Below, piece by piece: positions 1 to 8,192 of a DNA stretch of 24,000 nucleotides. Each line of letters starts with the position of its first letter. Position 1 is the first letter of the stretch. The notes beneath the pieces were generated by a model. The model saw nothing but the letters and a program-made list of their open reading frames with translations. It ran no database searches and had not been told where the DNA came from. The stretch covers positions 96,336 to 120,335 of the forward strand of contig JAZRKQ010000016.1 in the NCBI GenBank assembly GCA_045646385.1, read 5' to 3'. The DNA is from Clostridia bacterium (lineage in GTDB: Bacteria > Bacillota > Clostridia > UMGS1810). The translations under genes and the position numbers were made by a program.

Positions 1-303
1 GTTGTTAATAATCTTTCTGTATTAATTGAACATGCTAATGCCGCTAAAATTCCTGTATATGGCTCTGAAATAGAGCAGGTGGAAAAAGGGTGTTTAGCAT
101 CTGTCAGCATAGACTATGTTGAACTTGGTAAAAAAACGGCTGAACTTGCCGCACAGATTTTAAATGGCGCAGATGCATCTAAAGTCCCTGTTGCTACAAT
201 TACAGATACCACACCGGTAATAAATACTGCTGTTGCTGAAAAATTCAATATTCAGATTCCGGACTCTTACAGCAATGCTATAAAAATAAACAATATTGAA
301 TAA
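1..303 (+). CDS. ABC transporter substrate-binding protein, C-terminal fragment (gene begins upstream of the window)
   Basis: Frame 1 is open from base 1 to the stop at 301-303, so the ORF-track GTG at 79 is internal. A permease gene and an ATPase gene follow directly. The sequence resembles ABC_sub_bind/COG2984-type binding proteins by eye only. Confidence 0.65.
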   Translation, partial: VVNNLSVLIEHANAAKIPVYGSEIEQVEKGCLASVSIDYVELGKKTAELAAQILNGADASKVPVATITDTTPVINTAVAEKFNIQIPDSYSNAIKINNIE

Positions 304-317
304 TAGAGGTTTGTTTA

Positions 318-1238
318 ATGGATATATTTTTAAATGTTTTAAAAGTTACATTAGAAGAAGGCTTTATGTATGCCATACTTGCTATGGGTGTATATATCAC
401 TTATTCAATACTTGATTTTCCTGATTTGTCTGTTGACGGAACAATGCCGCTGGGTGCGATTGCTACAGGTGTTCTTATAATGGCTGGTGTAAATCCTTGG
501 GTTTGCCTTCTTATTTCTTTTGTACTTGGTGCTCTTGCAGGTGTTATTACGGGTATATTGCATGTAAAATTTAAAATTCGCGATTTACTATGCGGAATAC
601 TCACATACACATCATTGCTTACGATTAATTTAATAATTGTGACGTCGGGAACAGGTGGTATGTCTATTGCATCATTTTTCAGAGATCCAACAATATTCAA
701 CACTTTTCCTGCCACGATAATACCGGAAAAAGTAGGCGGATATTCTTTAAGAATACTTGTCATGTCATTTGTTATTGTTTTGGTCGTAAAGATAATAATG
801 GATTTGTATTTAAAAACAAAATCAGGTATTTTACTTCGTGCTACTGGTGATAATTCGAGGTTTGTAACGATGCTTGCCGTTGATTCAGGTAAAATCAAAA
901 TTTTAGGTCTTGCTTTGGGAAATGGATTGGCAGCACTATCCGGTTCTGTTATTGCACAATCTAAAGGCTCTGCTGATCCTCAAATGGGAGTGGGAATGGT
1001 AGTTCTTGGCTTGGCATCGGTTATTATTGGACTGAGCATATTTAAAAAGTTTTCGTTAATTAAAACAACCACTATGGTTATTTTGGGCAGTATAGCATAC
1101 AAGGCTTGTTTATCTATTGCGCTTGAGTTGGGCTTACCCACCAATTATTTAAAACTTCTTATGGCTGTTATTTTTACTATAGCGATAGTTGCAAGCAGAA
1201 TATCAATAAAAAAGGGTGGTGCACATGTTAAGGCTTGA
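318..1238 (+). CDS. ABC transporter permease
   Basis: 306-aa, highly hydrophobic, multi-TM protein. ATG at 318 is preceded by AGAGG. It lies between the binding-protein and ATPase genes, and its 3' end overlaps the ATPase start. Confidence 0.85.
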   Translation: MDIFLNVLKVTLEEGFMYAILAMGVYITYSILDFPDLSVDGTMPLGAIATGVLIMAGVNPWVCLLISFVLGALAGVITGILHVKFKIRDLLCGILTYTSLLTINLIIVTSGTGGMSIASFFRDPTIFNTFPATIIPEKVGGYSLRILVMSFVIVLVVKIIMDLYLKTKSGILLRATGDNSRFVTMLAVDSGKIKILGLALGNGLAALSGSVIAQSKGSADPQMGVGMVVLGLASVIIGLSIFKKFSLIKTTTMVILGSIAYKACLSIALELGLPTNYLKLLMAVIFTIAIVASRISIKKGGAHVKA

Positions 1239-1998
1239 AAATATCACCAAAAAATTTAATCCGGATACAATAGATGAAAGCATTGTTTTTGATAATTTCA
1301 ATTTTATGGTTAATAAAGGCGAGTTTGTATCAGTTATAGGCTCTAACGGAAGCGGAAAAAGTACATTGCTCAACCTGATATGCGGAACACTTGCACAGGA
1401 TAGTGGCAATATCATATTCAATAATAAAAATATAAATAAACTTTCTGAATATAAACGTGCAAAATTTATCGGGCGAGTTTATCAAGAACCAAAAGCCGGA
1501 ACTTGCGGGAATCTGACTATTGCCGAAAACATAGCATTGGCAGATAATAAAAATCAGTTTTATGGGCTTTCCAAATGCCTGACAAAGAAACGGATTGATT
1601 ATTATAAAACTTTGCTTGAAAAATGCAATTTAGGGCTTGAAAATCGTATATCGACTAAGGTCGATGCACTAAGCGGTGGTCAAAGGCAAGCATTAGCCCT
1701 TGTTATTGCAAATATGTGTGATATAGATTTACTTATACTTGATGAGCATACTGCTGCGCTTGACCCGAAATCTTCCGATACAGTTATGCATTTAACAGAT
1801 AAACTTGTAAATGAAAAGGGGATAACAACCCTTATGGTAACTCACAATTTAAGATTTGCTGTTGAGTATGGTAATCGTCTTGTAATGATGCATGAAGGGG
1901 ATACTGTCTTAGATGTTTCGGGCGAAGACAAGGAAAATGTTGATGTTGACGATTTGCTTGGAAAGTTTTATGAAATCAGTATAGAAAAAGGAAATTAA
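1225..1998 (+). CDS. ABC transporter ATP-binding protein
   Basis: Walker A GSNGSGKST, ABC signature LSGGQRQ and Walker B LLILDEHT. ATG at 1225 is preferred over the ORF-track GTG at 1216 because AAGGGTGG sits just upstream. Confidence 0.9.
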   Translation: MLRLENITKKFNPDTIDESIVFDNFNFMVNKGEFVSVIGSNGSGKSTLLNLICGTLAQDSGNIIFNNKNINKLSEYKRAKFIGRVYQEPKAGTCGNLTIAENIALADNKNQFYGLSKCLTKKRIDYYKTLLEKCNLGLENRISTKVDALSGGQRQALALVIANMCDIDLLILDEHTAALDPKSSDTVMHLTDKLVNEKGITTLMVTHNLRFAVEYGNRLVMMHEGDTVLDVSGEDKENVDVDDLLGKFYEISIEKGN

Positions 1999-2024
1999 AA
2001 AAGGTGGCGTTTGCCACCTTTTTA
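1997..2024. terminator. Bidirectional rho-independent terminator between the ABC operon and spoIVA
   Basis: AAGGTGGC (2001-2008), loop GTTT, GCCACCTT (2013-2020), flanked by an A-run on the left and a T-run on the right. Confidence 0.8.
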
Positions 2025-2026
2025 AT

Positions 2027-3505
2027 TTATAAAATAATACAAATGAGTCCACCGCTACCTTCGTTGATGATTTTTTGCAATGTTTCTTGTAGTTTGTATT
2101 GTGCATCTTCAGGCATTCGATACAATTTGTTATGTAAGCCTTCGTTTACTAATTCATGAAGTGATTTTCCAAATATATTTGTCTGCCAAATTGATTTTGG
2201 GTCAATTTCAAATTCCTTTAAAAGATAATGTACCAATTCTTCGCTTTGCTTTTCTGTTCCTACTATTGGCGAAACCTCTGTTTCGATATCAGCACGTATC
2301 ATATGGATACTGGGTGCAGAAGCGCGCAAACGAACACCAAAGCGATTTCCTTGTTTGACAATTTCAGGTTCTTCCAATGAAAGTTCGTCAATAGATGGAG
2401 ATACAATTCCATATCCTGTTTCTTGCACTTCCTTAAGTGCATATGAAATCTTATCATATTTTCTTTTTGTTTCTGCTAATTCCTGCATTAAAGACATTAA
2501 CGTATCTTTTCCGCTGATTTCAAGACCTGACGTTTCACCAAGAATTTTATAATACAGATTATCATCAGTCATAATTTCAAGAGTTACTGTGCCGTCACCG
2601 GGATTGATTTCAGATATATCAATATTAGATATATTATCATTTGATTTAAGTTTTTCCATAACTTTATGAGTTTCGTTAATTTTACTTACGCTTATCATGG
2701 AAGAAAGAACGCAATCGTAAATAGATTTTTTTAAATGATGATTTGGTTCTAAAACATCAATCCACTCCGGAATATTGATAGCGATTTCTTTTAACGGGAA
2801 CTCAAACAGTACGTTCTCGATAATACAGTTAATATCCTCGTGCGTAAGTTCTTGACAGTTTACAGCCATTACACTTACATCATGTCGCTTTTCAATTTCT
2901 TCTTTTATGGCAATGGCAGAGGTGCCTTCAGGATTTGTGGAGTTCACCAACACTATAAAAGGCTTGCCGATTTCCTTGAGTTCTGTAATAACTCTGTTTT
3001 CGGCTTCAAGATATTCATTGCGATCAATATCAGATATGCTTCCGTCTGTTGTTACAACAATACCAATGGTGGAATGGTCGGTTATTACTTTTTTTGTTCC
3101 GATTTCGGCTGCCTGAGCAAACGGGATTTCGTTTTCAAACCAAGGGGTCTTGACCATTCTTGGTGCATCGTTTTCTATGTGTCCCATTGCAGAATTTACT
3201 ATGTAACCAACACAGTCTATCATTCTTACCTTGAATTTTGCATTATCTGACAGTTCAATTTCTACGGCTTCATTTGGAATAAATTTAGGCTCTGTGGTCA
3301 TAATAGTTCTGCCGGCAGCGCTTTGAGGTAATTCGTCCTTTGCACGTTCCCGTTTGAAAGCGTTATCTATGTGTGGAATAACAAGAGAATCCATAAATTT
3401 CTTAATGAAAGTTGATTTTCCTGTCCTTACCGGTCCGATAACGCCAATATAGATATTGCCGTCTGTCCTTGAGGCAATATCTTTGTACACATTGTAATCA
3501 CTCAT
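2027..3505 (-). CDS. spoIVA: Stage IV sporulation protein A (spore coat morphogenetic ATPase)
   Basis: 492 aa. The N-terminus DIASRTDGNIYIGVIGPVRTGKSTFIKKFM and the C-terminus INEGSGGLICIIL align along the full length with my recollection of B. subtilis SpoIVA. A GGAGGAAAT RBS precedes the ATG. Confidence 0.95.
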   Translation of the reverse strand: MSDYNVYKDIASRTDGNIYIGVIGPVRTGKSTFIKKFMDSLVIPHIDNAFKRERAKDELPQSAAGRTIMTTEPKFIPNEAVEIELSDNAKFKVRMIDCVGYIVNSAMGHIENDAPRMVKTPWFENEIPFAQAAEIGTKKVITDHSTIGIVVTTDGSISDIDRNEYLEAENRVITELKEIGKPFIVLVNSTNPEGTSAIAIKEEIEKRHDVSVMAVNCQELTHEDINCIIENVLFEFPLKEIAINIPEWIDVLEPNHHLKKSIYDCVLSSMISVSKINETHKVMEKLKSNDNISNIDISEINPGDGTVTLEIMTDDNLYYKILGETSGLEISGKDTLMSLMQELAETKRKYDKISYALKEVQETGYGIVSPSIDELSLEEPEIVKQGNRFGVRLRASAPSIHMIRADIETEVSPIVGTEKQSEELVHYLLKEFEIDPKSIWQTNIFGKSLHELVNEGLHNKLYRMPEDAQYKLQETLQKIINEGSGGLICIIL

Positions 3506-3543
3506 AGTGAATTTCCTCCTTCAACTGTACAAGTCTGATTTAT

Positions 3544-3573
3544 ATATGTATATGAAAGGAGAGGTGTAATATT
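3544..3573 (-). promoter_or_regulatory. Candidate sigma-E-type promoter for spoIVA
   Basis: On the minus strand, TAATATT is followed by about 15 nt and then TATACATA. This resembles the sigma-E consensus kmATATT / CATACAmT. The match is imperfect. Confidence 0.3.
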
Positions 3574-3624
3574 ACATTTAATAAATTAAATTTTAAAAAT
3601 ATTGAAAAAAACGTGAAAAAAGTG

Positions 3625-3653
3625 TTGACACGAAAGTGAAAATGTGCTATTAT
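3625..3653 (+). promoter_or_regulatory. Sigma-A promoter for the tRNA-Ser pair
   Basis: TTGACA (3625-3630), a 17-nt spacer, then TATTAT (3648-3653) with TG at 3645-3646 (extended -10). It lies about 18 nt upstream of the first tRNA. Confidence 0.7.
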
Positions 3654-3670
3654 ATTTAACGTAGTCTTTT

Positions 3671-3754
3671 GGAGAGGTGTCCGAGTGGTTTAAGGAGCTA
3701 GTCTTGAAAACTAGTGATGCGAAAGCACCCAGAGTTCGAATCTCTGCCTCTCCG
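3671..3754 (+). tRNA. tRNA-Ser (anticodon UGA)
   Basis: Acceptor GGAGAGG/CCTCTCC with discriminator G. Anticodon stem CTAGT/ACTAG with loop CTTGAAA. Long variable arm. T arm CAGAG-TTCGAAT-CTCTG. No encoded CCA. Confidence 0.9.
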
Positions 3755-3804
3755 TTTTTTTATATCTAAATGACTGTTTCATCTCATCATGGCAGTCTGA
3801 GTAT

Positions 3805-3892
3805 GGAGAAGTACTCAAGTTGGTGAAGAGGTGCCCCTGCTAAGGGTATAGGTCGGGAAACCGGCGCGAGAGTTCAAATCTCTCCTTCTCCG
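3805..3892 (+). tRNA. tRNA-Ser (anticodon GCU)
   Basis: Acceptor GGAGAAG/CTTCTCC with discriminator G. Anticodon stem TGCCC/GGGTA with loop CTGCTAA. Long variable arm. T arm GAGAG-TTCAAAT-CTCTC. Confidence 0.9.
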
Positions 3893-3894
3893 TG

Positions 3895-3931
3895 AAAATA
3901 CAAGTGTCTATAGAGGCACTTGTATTTTTTG
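3895..3931 (+). terminator. Rho-independent terminator after the tRNA genes
   Basis: ATACAAGTGTCT (3898-3909) pairs with AGGCACTTGTAT (3914-3925) around loop ATAG, followed by a T6 run. Confidence 0.8.
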
Positions 3932-3971
3932 TTTGTGTAGGTATTCAACTAAATTTTTTGTGTGCAAATAC

Positions 3972-4000
3972 TTGACATATTAAAATTAATATGATATATT
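3972..4000 (+). promoter_or_regulatory. Sigma-A promoter driving the T-box leader
   Basis: TTGACA (3972-3977), a 17-nt spacer, then TATATT (3995-4000) with TG at 3992-3993. Confidence 0.7.
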
Positions 4001-4013
4001 TATGTAGAATAAA

Positions 4014-4280
4014 GGCTTTGACGGAGAGTACATATTCATTTGAACTTTAGAGAGAAGTGGCGGTTGGTGCGAGTCATAAGGGATGGAATATGTTTGTAGC
4101 TTCTGAGCCGGGAGGAAGAAAGCAATTTTGTTAGTAGAACCTTCCCGTGATTGCTGCGTTAATGCATATGGGTTGTTTGACCCTGAGAGTGGCGCATATT
4201 TTGCGCAATTTGAGTGGTACCGCGGGTGAATTACACTCGTCTCAAAGATTTTAACTATACTTTGAGGCGAGATTTTTTTT
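4014..4280 (+). promoter_or_regulatory. T-box riboswitch leader (tRNA-sensing transcription attenuator), probable GUA (Val) specifier
   Basis: Stem I: GA/K-turn motif, AGUA (4027-4030), AG bulge AGAGAGAA (4049-4056) and distal loop GGUUGGUGCGAG (4062-4073). Stem II spans 4110-4147 and contains AGUAGA. Stem III is GCGCA/UGCGC (4192-4206). The T-box motif AAUUUGAGUGGUACCGCG is at 4207-4224. A 12-bp terminator (4236-4247/4260-4271) plus U8 competes with an antiterminator. Confidence 0.85.
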
Positions 4281-4308
4281 GCCTCATGATAAAGGAGAAA
4301 TTTTTAAT

Positions 4309-6600
4309 ATGGAAAACTCAAGGGATATTAATCTCAAAATCAAGGAAATGGCTGAACGTATCCGTGAACTGCGTGAGATTGAGAACTATACCACGCAGGA
4401 AATGGCCGAAAAAACAGGTATTTCTGTTGAAGAGTACATAAAATGCGAAAATGGCGAATCAGACCTCAACTTTGCTTTTATTTATCGTTGTGCGGCTGCA
4501 TTAAGAGTAAACGTTACAGATATTATAGAAGGTTATAGCCCTAACCTTAAATCTTATACTGTTACACGTGCAGGTGCAGGGCAACAAATTGCCAAAGCAC
4601 ATGGTATGATTTATCATAACCTTGCTTATGCATTTAAGAATCGTATTGCTGAACCTCTTTTTGTTGTAAGCGCATATGATGAAGACGCGCAAAATAAAGA
4701 TATCGAACTTACAACACATTCAGGGCAGGAATGTGATATTGTTATTGAGGGACACCTTATGGTACAGATAGGCGAGCATAAGGAAGTGCTCGGCCCTGGC
4801 GACAGTATCTATTATAATAGCGACACTCCACACGGTATGATTGCTGTTAACGGAAAAGAATGTAAGTTTTATGCTATAGTTTTAAGAGCGGATGTAGATG
4901 GAGCAGATACACCTTCTGATGTTGTTTCTACTGAACAGATTATAGGTTCTATCCACAGAGATACAAAAGACAGAATCTACCATAACTTTATTGATGTGGT
5001 TGAAGATGATAAAGGCACACCGATTTCTATAGAATTTAAAAATACTGAAAAGTTCAACTTTGCATTTGACCTTGTTGACGAACTTTCAAGACGTGAGCCC
5101 GACAAACTTGCTATGCTTCATATCGGTAAAGACAAAACCGAAAGACGTTTTACTTTTACTGATATGAGAAAGGCTTCAAGTCAATGTGCTAATTATTTTG
5201 CTTCACTCGGAATTAAAAAGGGTGACAGAGTAATGCTTATTTTGAAACGCCATTATCAATTCTGGATAGCAATGCTCGGTTTAAATAAACTTGGTGCAAT
5301 TGCAATTCCTGCAGTTGACCAACTTCACGAACACGACCTTGAGTATAGATTTAATTCTGCGGGCGTAAGTGCTATTGTATGTACATCGGATGGAGAAGTT
5401 GCAAATTATGTTGATATTGCAGCAGAAAAATGTCCATCACTTATAAATAAAATGATTGTAGGAGGAAGTAAAGAGGGTTGGAGAAACTTTGACGAAGAGT
5501 ATAAGCGTTTTAGTTCGCACTTTGACCGTACTGAAGACTCTCCGTGTGGCGATGATACTATGCTTATGTATTTCACATCCGGTACATCAGGTTATCCAAA
5601 AATTGCTACGCACAATTATAAATATCCTTTAGGACATTTCCATACTGCTAAATATTGGCACAATGTTGATCCTGATGGTTTACATTTTACAATTTCAGAT
5701 ACCGGTTGGGCAAAGGCGATGTGGGGTAAACTTTATGGACAATGGCTTTGTGAGGCTGCAACATTTGTATATGACTTTGACCGTTTTGATGCATCTGAAA
5801 TATTACCAATGTTTGCAAAACACCATATTACAACTTTCTGTGCACCTCCAACAATGCTCCGTATGATGATTAAGCAAGATATTTCAAAATATGATTTTTC
5901 ATCTGTTCGTCATATGACAACGGCAGGCGAGGCTCTTAATCCGGAGGTTTATCGTCAGTTTGAAAAGGCAACTGGTCTTCAGATTAAAGAAGGTTTTGGA
6001 CAGACAGAGAGCACGATGATTATAGGTAATCTTGTTGGCAAACCTCATAAAATTGGTGCTATGGGTAAACCGGCACCTATATACAAGGTTGAACTTCATG
6101 ATTCTGATGGTAATCCTGTTAAAACAAGTGAGTCAGGTGAAATTGTTATCAATGTTAAAGACGGAGCACCTTGTGGTTTGTTTACCGGATATTATGGCGA
6201 TGAGGAAAAAACAAAAGAAGTATGGCACGATGGATATTACCATACCGGTGACGTTGCATGGTGCGATGAAGACGGATTCTATTGGTATGTAGGACGTATA
6301 GATGATGTTATTAAGTCTTCCGGATACCGCATTGGTCCTTTTGAAATTGAAAGTGTTATTATGGAATTACCATATGTACTTGAGTGCGGTGTTTCTGCCG
6401 TTCCTGATGAAGTAAGAGGTCAAATCGTTAAAGCTAGCATTGTTTTGGTAAACGGTACAGAGCCTACTGAGGAACTTAAAAAAGAGATACAGAATTATGT
6501 AAAAGATAAAACCGCGCCGTATAAATATCCAAGAATTGTTGAATTTAAAGACAGTTTACCAAAAACAGTAAGCGGAAAAATCCAAAGAAATAAACTTTAA
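4309..6600 (+). CDS. Fusion protein: XRE-family HTH, cupin domain and AMP-forming (ACSM/MACS-type) acyl-CoA synthetase
   Basis: ATG at 4309 follows AAGGAG. The ORF-track TTG at 4279 lies in the terminator U-tract and is rejected. In ORF-track numbering, the HTH covers about aa 22-80, the cupin about aa 115-203 (HSGQE...GPGDSIYYNSDTPHG) and the linker aa 204-232. Ligase motifs are FTSGTSGYPK, GFGQTES, YHTGD, GRIDDVIKSSGYRIGPFEIE and SGKIQR. Confidence 0.85.
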   Translation: MENSRDINLKIKEMAERIRELREIENYTTQEMAEKTGISVEEYIKCENGESDLNFAFIYRCAAALRVNVTDIIEGYSPNLKSYTVTRAGAGQQIAKAHGMIYHNLAYAFKNRIAEPLFVVSAYDEDAQNKDIELTTHSGQECDIVIEGHLMVQIGEHKEVLGPGDSIYYNSDTPHGMIAVNGKECKFYAIVLRADVDGADTPSDVVSTEQIIGSIHRDTKDRIYHNFIDVVEDDKGTPISIEFKNTEKFNFAFDLVDELSRREPDKLAMLHIGKDKTERRFTFTDMRKASSQCANYFASLGIKKGDRVMLILKRHYQFWIAMLGLNKLGAIAIPAVDQLHEHDLEYRFNSAGVSAIVCTSDGEVANYVDIAAEKCPSLINKMIVGGSKEGWRNFDEEYKRFSSHFDRTEDSPCGDDTMLMYFTSGTSGYPKIATHNYKYPLGHFHTAKYWHNVDPDGLHFTISDTGWAKAMWGKLYGQWLCEAATFVYDFDRFDASEILPMFAKHHITTFCAPPTMLRMMIKQDISKYDFSSVRHMTTAGEALNPEVYRQFEKATGLQIKEGFGQTESTMIIGNLVGKPHKIGAMGKPAPIYKVELHDSDGNPVKTSESGEIVINVKDGAPCGLFTGYYGDEEKTKEVWHDGYYHTGDVAWCDEDGFYWYVGRIDDVIKSSGYRIGPFEIESVIMELPYVLECGVSAVPDEVRGQIVKASIVLVNGTEPTEELKKEIQNYVKDKTAPYKYPRIVEFKDSLPKTVSGKIQRNKL

Positions 6601-6602
6601 TT

Positions 6603-6638
6603 AAAAATGACTCATTCAACTGAATGAGTCATTTTTTT
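6603..6638. terminator. Bidirectional rho-independent terminator
   Basis: ATGACTCATTC (6607-6617) pairs with GAATGAGTCAT (6622-6632) around loop AACT, with an A-run on the left and T7 on the right. It serves the convergent genes on both sides. Confidence 0.85.
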
Positions 6639-8118
6639 ATTGTATTGTTTTTTTGCTTTGGTAAACTGGTTCGCAAGTAACATTAATCCCAAGTCTGCGT
6701 AATACATTTTCATCTACTGAAGAAAGTATTACAGAGGAATGAACTTCGCAACCTCTCAATTTGCTTAACTGTTCCATAGCAAGTTCTGCATTTTCATCAG
6801 TTGGTGCACAAATTGAAAGAGCAATCAGCGCTTCGTCAGTATGAAGTCTTGGATTTCTGTTACCAAGATGATCGGTTTTTAAATGTTGGATTGGTTCTAT
6901 AATTACAGGTGAAATAAGGTGGATAGCGTCATCAAGTCCGGCAAGTTCTTTCAATGCATTAAGCAAAAGTGCCGCAGCAGCACCTAAGAGTTCAGAAGTT
7001 CTTCCGGTAATAATTTTCCCGTTTGGTAGTTCTAATGCTGCAGCAGGAGCGCCAGTAATAGCAGATTTTTGAAGAGCAGGACCTATAACGGCACGGTCGT
7101 TTGTTGTTACACCAGCTTTTTTCATAAGTAATTCAAGTTTCATAACAACATCATCGTCTGTTAAAATTCCTTTTCTTTGGTCACATAATGCAGTATAGTA
7201 TCTTCTTACAATTTCTTGTTTCGATGCGGTTTTGGTTATCTCATCATCAATAATGCAGTTTCCTGCCATATTTACCCCCATATCGGTAGGTGATTTGTAT
7301 GGACAAGCACCTAAAATGTCTTCAAGCATAGCCTTAACAACAGGGAAAATTTCTACATCTCTGTTATAATTTACTGTTGTCTCACCATATGCTTCGAGGT
7401 GAAAAGGATCAATCATGTTAACATCGTTTAAATCTGCAGTTGCAGCCTCGTACGCAAGGTTAACCGGATGAGTAAGCGGAAGATTCCAGATAGGGAATGT
7501 TTCAAACTTAGCATATCCTGACTGAATACCTTTCTTATGCTCATGATAAAGTTGAGAAAGGCATGTTGCCATTTTTCCGCTTCCGGGGCCGGGTGCAGTA
7601 ACAACAACTAATTCTTTTGTTGTTTCGATATATTCGTTTTTTCCATACCCATCATCGCTTACAATTTTAGGGATATCAGATGGATAACCATCAATAGAGT
7701 AGTGACGGTATACCTTAATGCCGAGTGCCTCAAGACGTTTCTGAAATGCGATTGCAGTGGCTTGTCCACTAAAGCGAGTCATAACCACACTGCCTACGTA
7801 TAAGCCAATAGAACGGAAGCAATCAATTAAGCGGATAACATCCAAATCGTAAGTAATTCCTAAATCACTGCGAAGTTTGTTTTTTTCTATATCAGCGGTG
7901 TTTATGGCTATAACGACCTCTACGCGGTCTTTAAGTTGAAGAAGCATTTTGAGTTTGCTGTCAGGCTCAAATCCGGGCAGAACTCTTGATGCATGGTAAT
8001 CATCAAAAAGTTTGCCGCCAAATTCCAAATATAATTTGCCGCCAAATTGTTCAATACGCTCTTTAATATGTTGAGATTGCATATGAAGATATTTTTCATT
8101 ATCAAATCCTATAGCCAC
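6637..8118 (-). CDS. DUF1846 / UPF0371 family protein (function unknown)
   Basis: 493 aa. Matches the family along its full length as I recall it: [77 protein letters not shown] start at 8118 with an AGAGGTG RBS. Confidence 0.9.
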   Translation of the reverse strand: MAIGFDNEKYLHMQSQHIKERIEQFGGKLYLEFGGKLFDDYHASRVLPGFEPDSKLKMLLQLKDRVEVVIAINTADIEKNKLRSDLGITYDLDVIRLIDCFRSIGLYVGSVVMTRFSGQATAIAFQKRLEALGIKVYRHYSIDGYPSDIPKIVSDDGYGKNEYIETTKELVVVTAPGPGSGKMATCLSQLYHEHKKGIQSGYAKFETFPIWNLPLTHPVNLAYEAATADLNDVNMIDPFHLEAYGETTVNYNRDVEIFPVVKAMLEDILGACPYKSPTDMGVNMAGNCIIDDEITKTASKQEIVRRYYTALCDQRKGILTDDDVVMKLELLMKKAGVTTNDRAVIGPALQKSAITGAPAAALELPNGKIITGRTSELLGAAAALLLNALKELAGLDDAIHLISPVIIEPIQHLKTDHLGNRNPRLHTDEALIALSICAPTDENAELAMEQLSKLRGCEVHSSVILSSVDENVLRRLGINVTCEPVYQSKKTIQ

Positions 8119-8156
8119 AACAAAACACCTCTTTAAAAATTACTTTACATCGTAAT

Positions 8157-8185
8157 ATTATACTACAGTATTTATTTTATTTCAA
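8157..8185 (-). promoter_or_regulatory. Sigma-A promoter for the DUF1846 gene
   Basis: Minus strand: TTGAAA (8185-8180), a 17-nt spacer, then TATAAT (8162-8157). Confidence 0.6.
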
Positions 8186-8192
8186 GGGTAAA

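Noticed and set aside
401-898. A long antisense ORF (165 aa) opposite the ABC permease. Similar antisense or shadow ORFs occur at 9659-9955, 11145-11720, 14507-14848, 15898-16185, 16431-16787, 17371-17742, 23172-23510 and 23462-23914.
   Set aside because: They lie fully inside well-supported genes on the other strand. They lack RBS or promoter signals and have low-complexity, unrecognisable sequences. These are typical shadow ORFs.
2080-3250. Plus-strand ORFs (92, 65, 136 and 69 aa) within the spoIVA region.
   Set aside because: They are antisense to the highly conserved, full-length spoIVA gene, and no homology was recognised.
4085-4091. Alternative specifier reading GAA-UAU-G (Tyr) in the T-box Stem I. 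It looks like the canonical GAA + codon + purine pattern.
   Set aside because: These bases pair with 4032-4037 (AUAUUC) in the upper helix, so they are not in the specifier loop. The loop directly above the lower helix is UUUGUAG.
4098-4100. AGC (Ser) as the specifier codon, suggested by the two tRNA-Ser genes immediately upstream.
   Set aside because: The codon is 2 nt out of register, and C4100 pairs in the lower helix. The T-box bulge is UGGU, predicting an A73 discriminator, whereas both tRNA-Ser genes in this window have a G discriminator. UGU (Cys, U73) is disfavoured for the same reason. UUG (Leu) remains a weaker alternative.
4279-4308. The ORF-track start (TTG at 4279) extends the fusion protein by 10 codons.
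   Set aside because: The TTG lies in the U-tract of the T-box terminator and has no RBS. ATG at 4309 follows AAGGAG and matches the N-terminus of the paralogous regulator.
6325-6359. A 35-nt stretch nearly identical (1 mismatch) to 21061-21095, plus a 20-nt identity at 6521-6540 / 21256-21275. These were considered as a repeat or recent gene conversion between the two ligase genes.
   Set aside because: Both fall on the most conserved ligase motifs (SSGYRIGPFEIES; PYKYPRIV) with shared codon bias. Flanking DNA diverges, and the proteins are only about half identical. They are old paralogs, not a repeat element.
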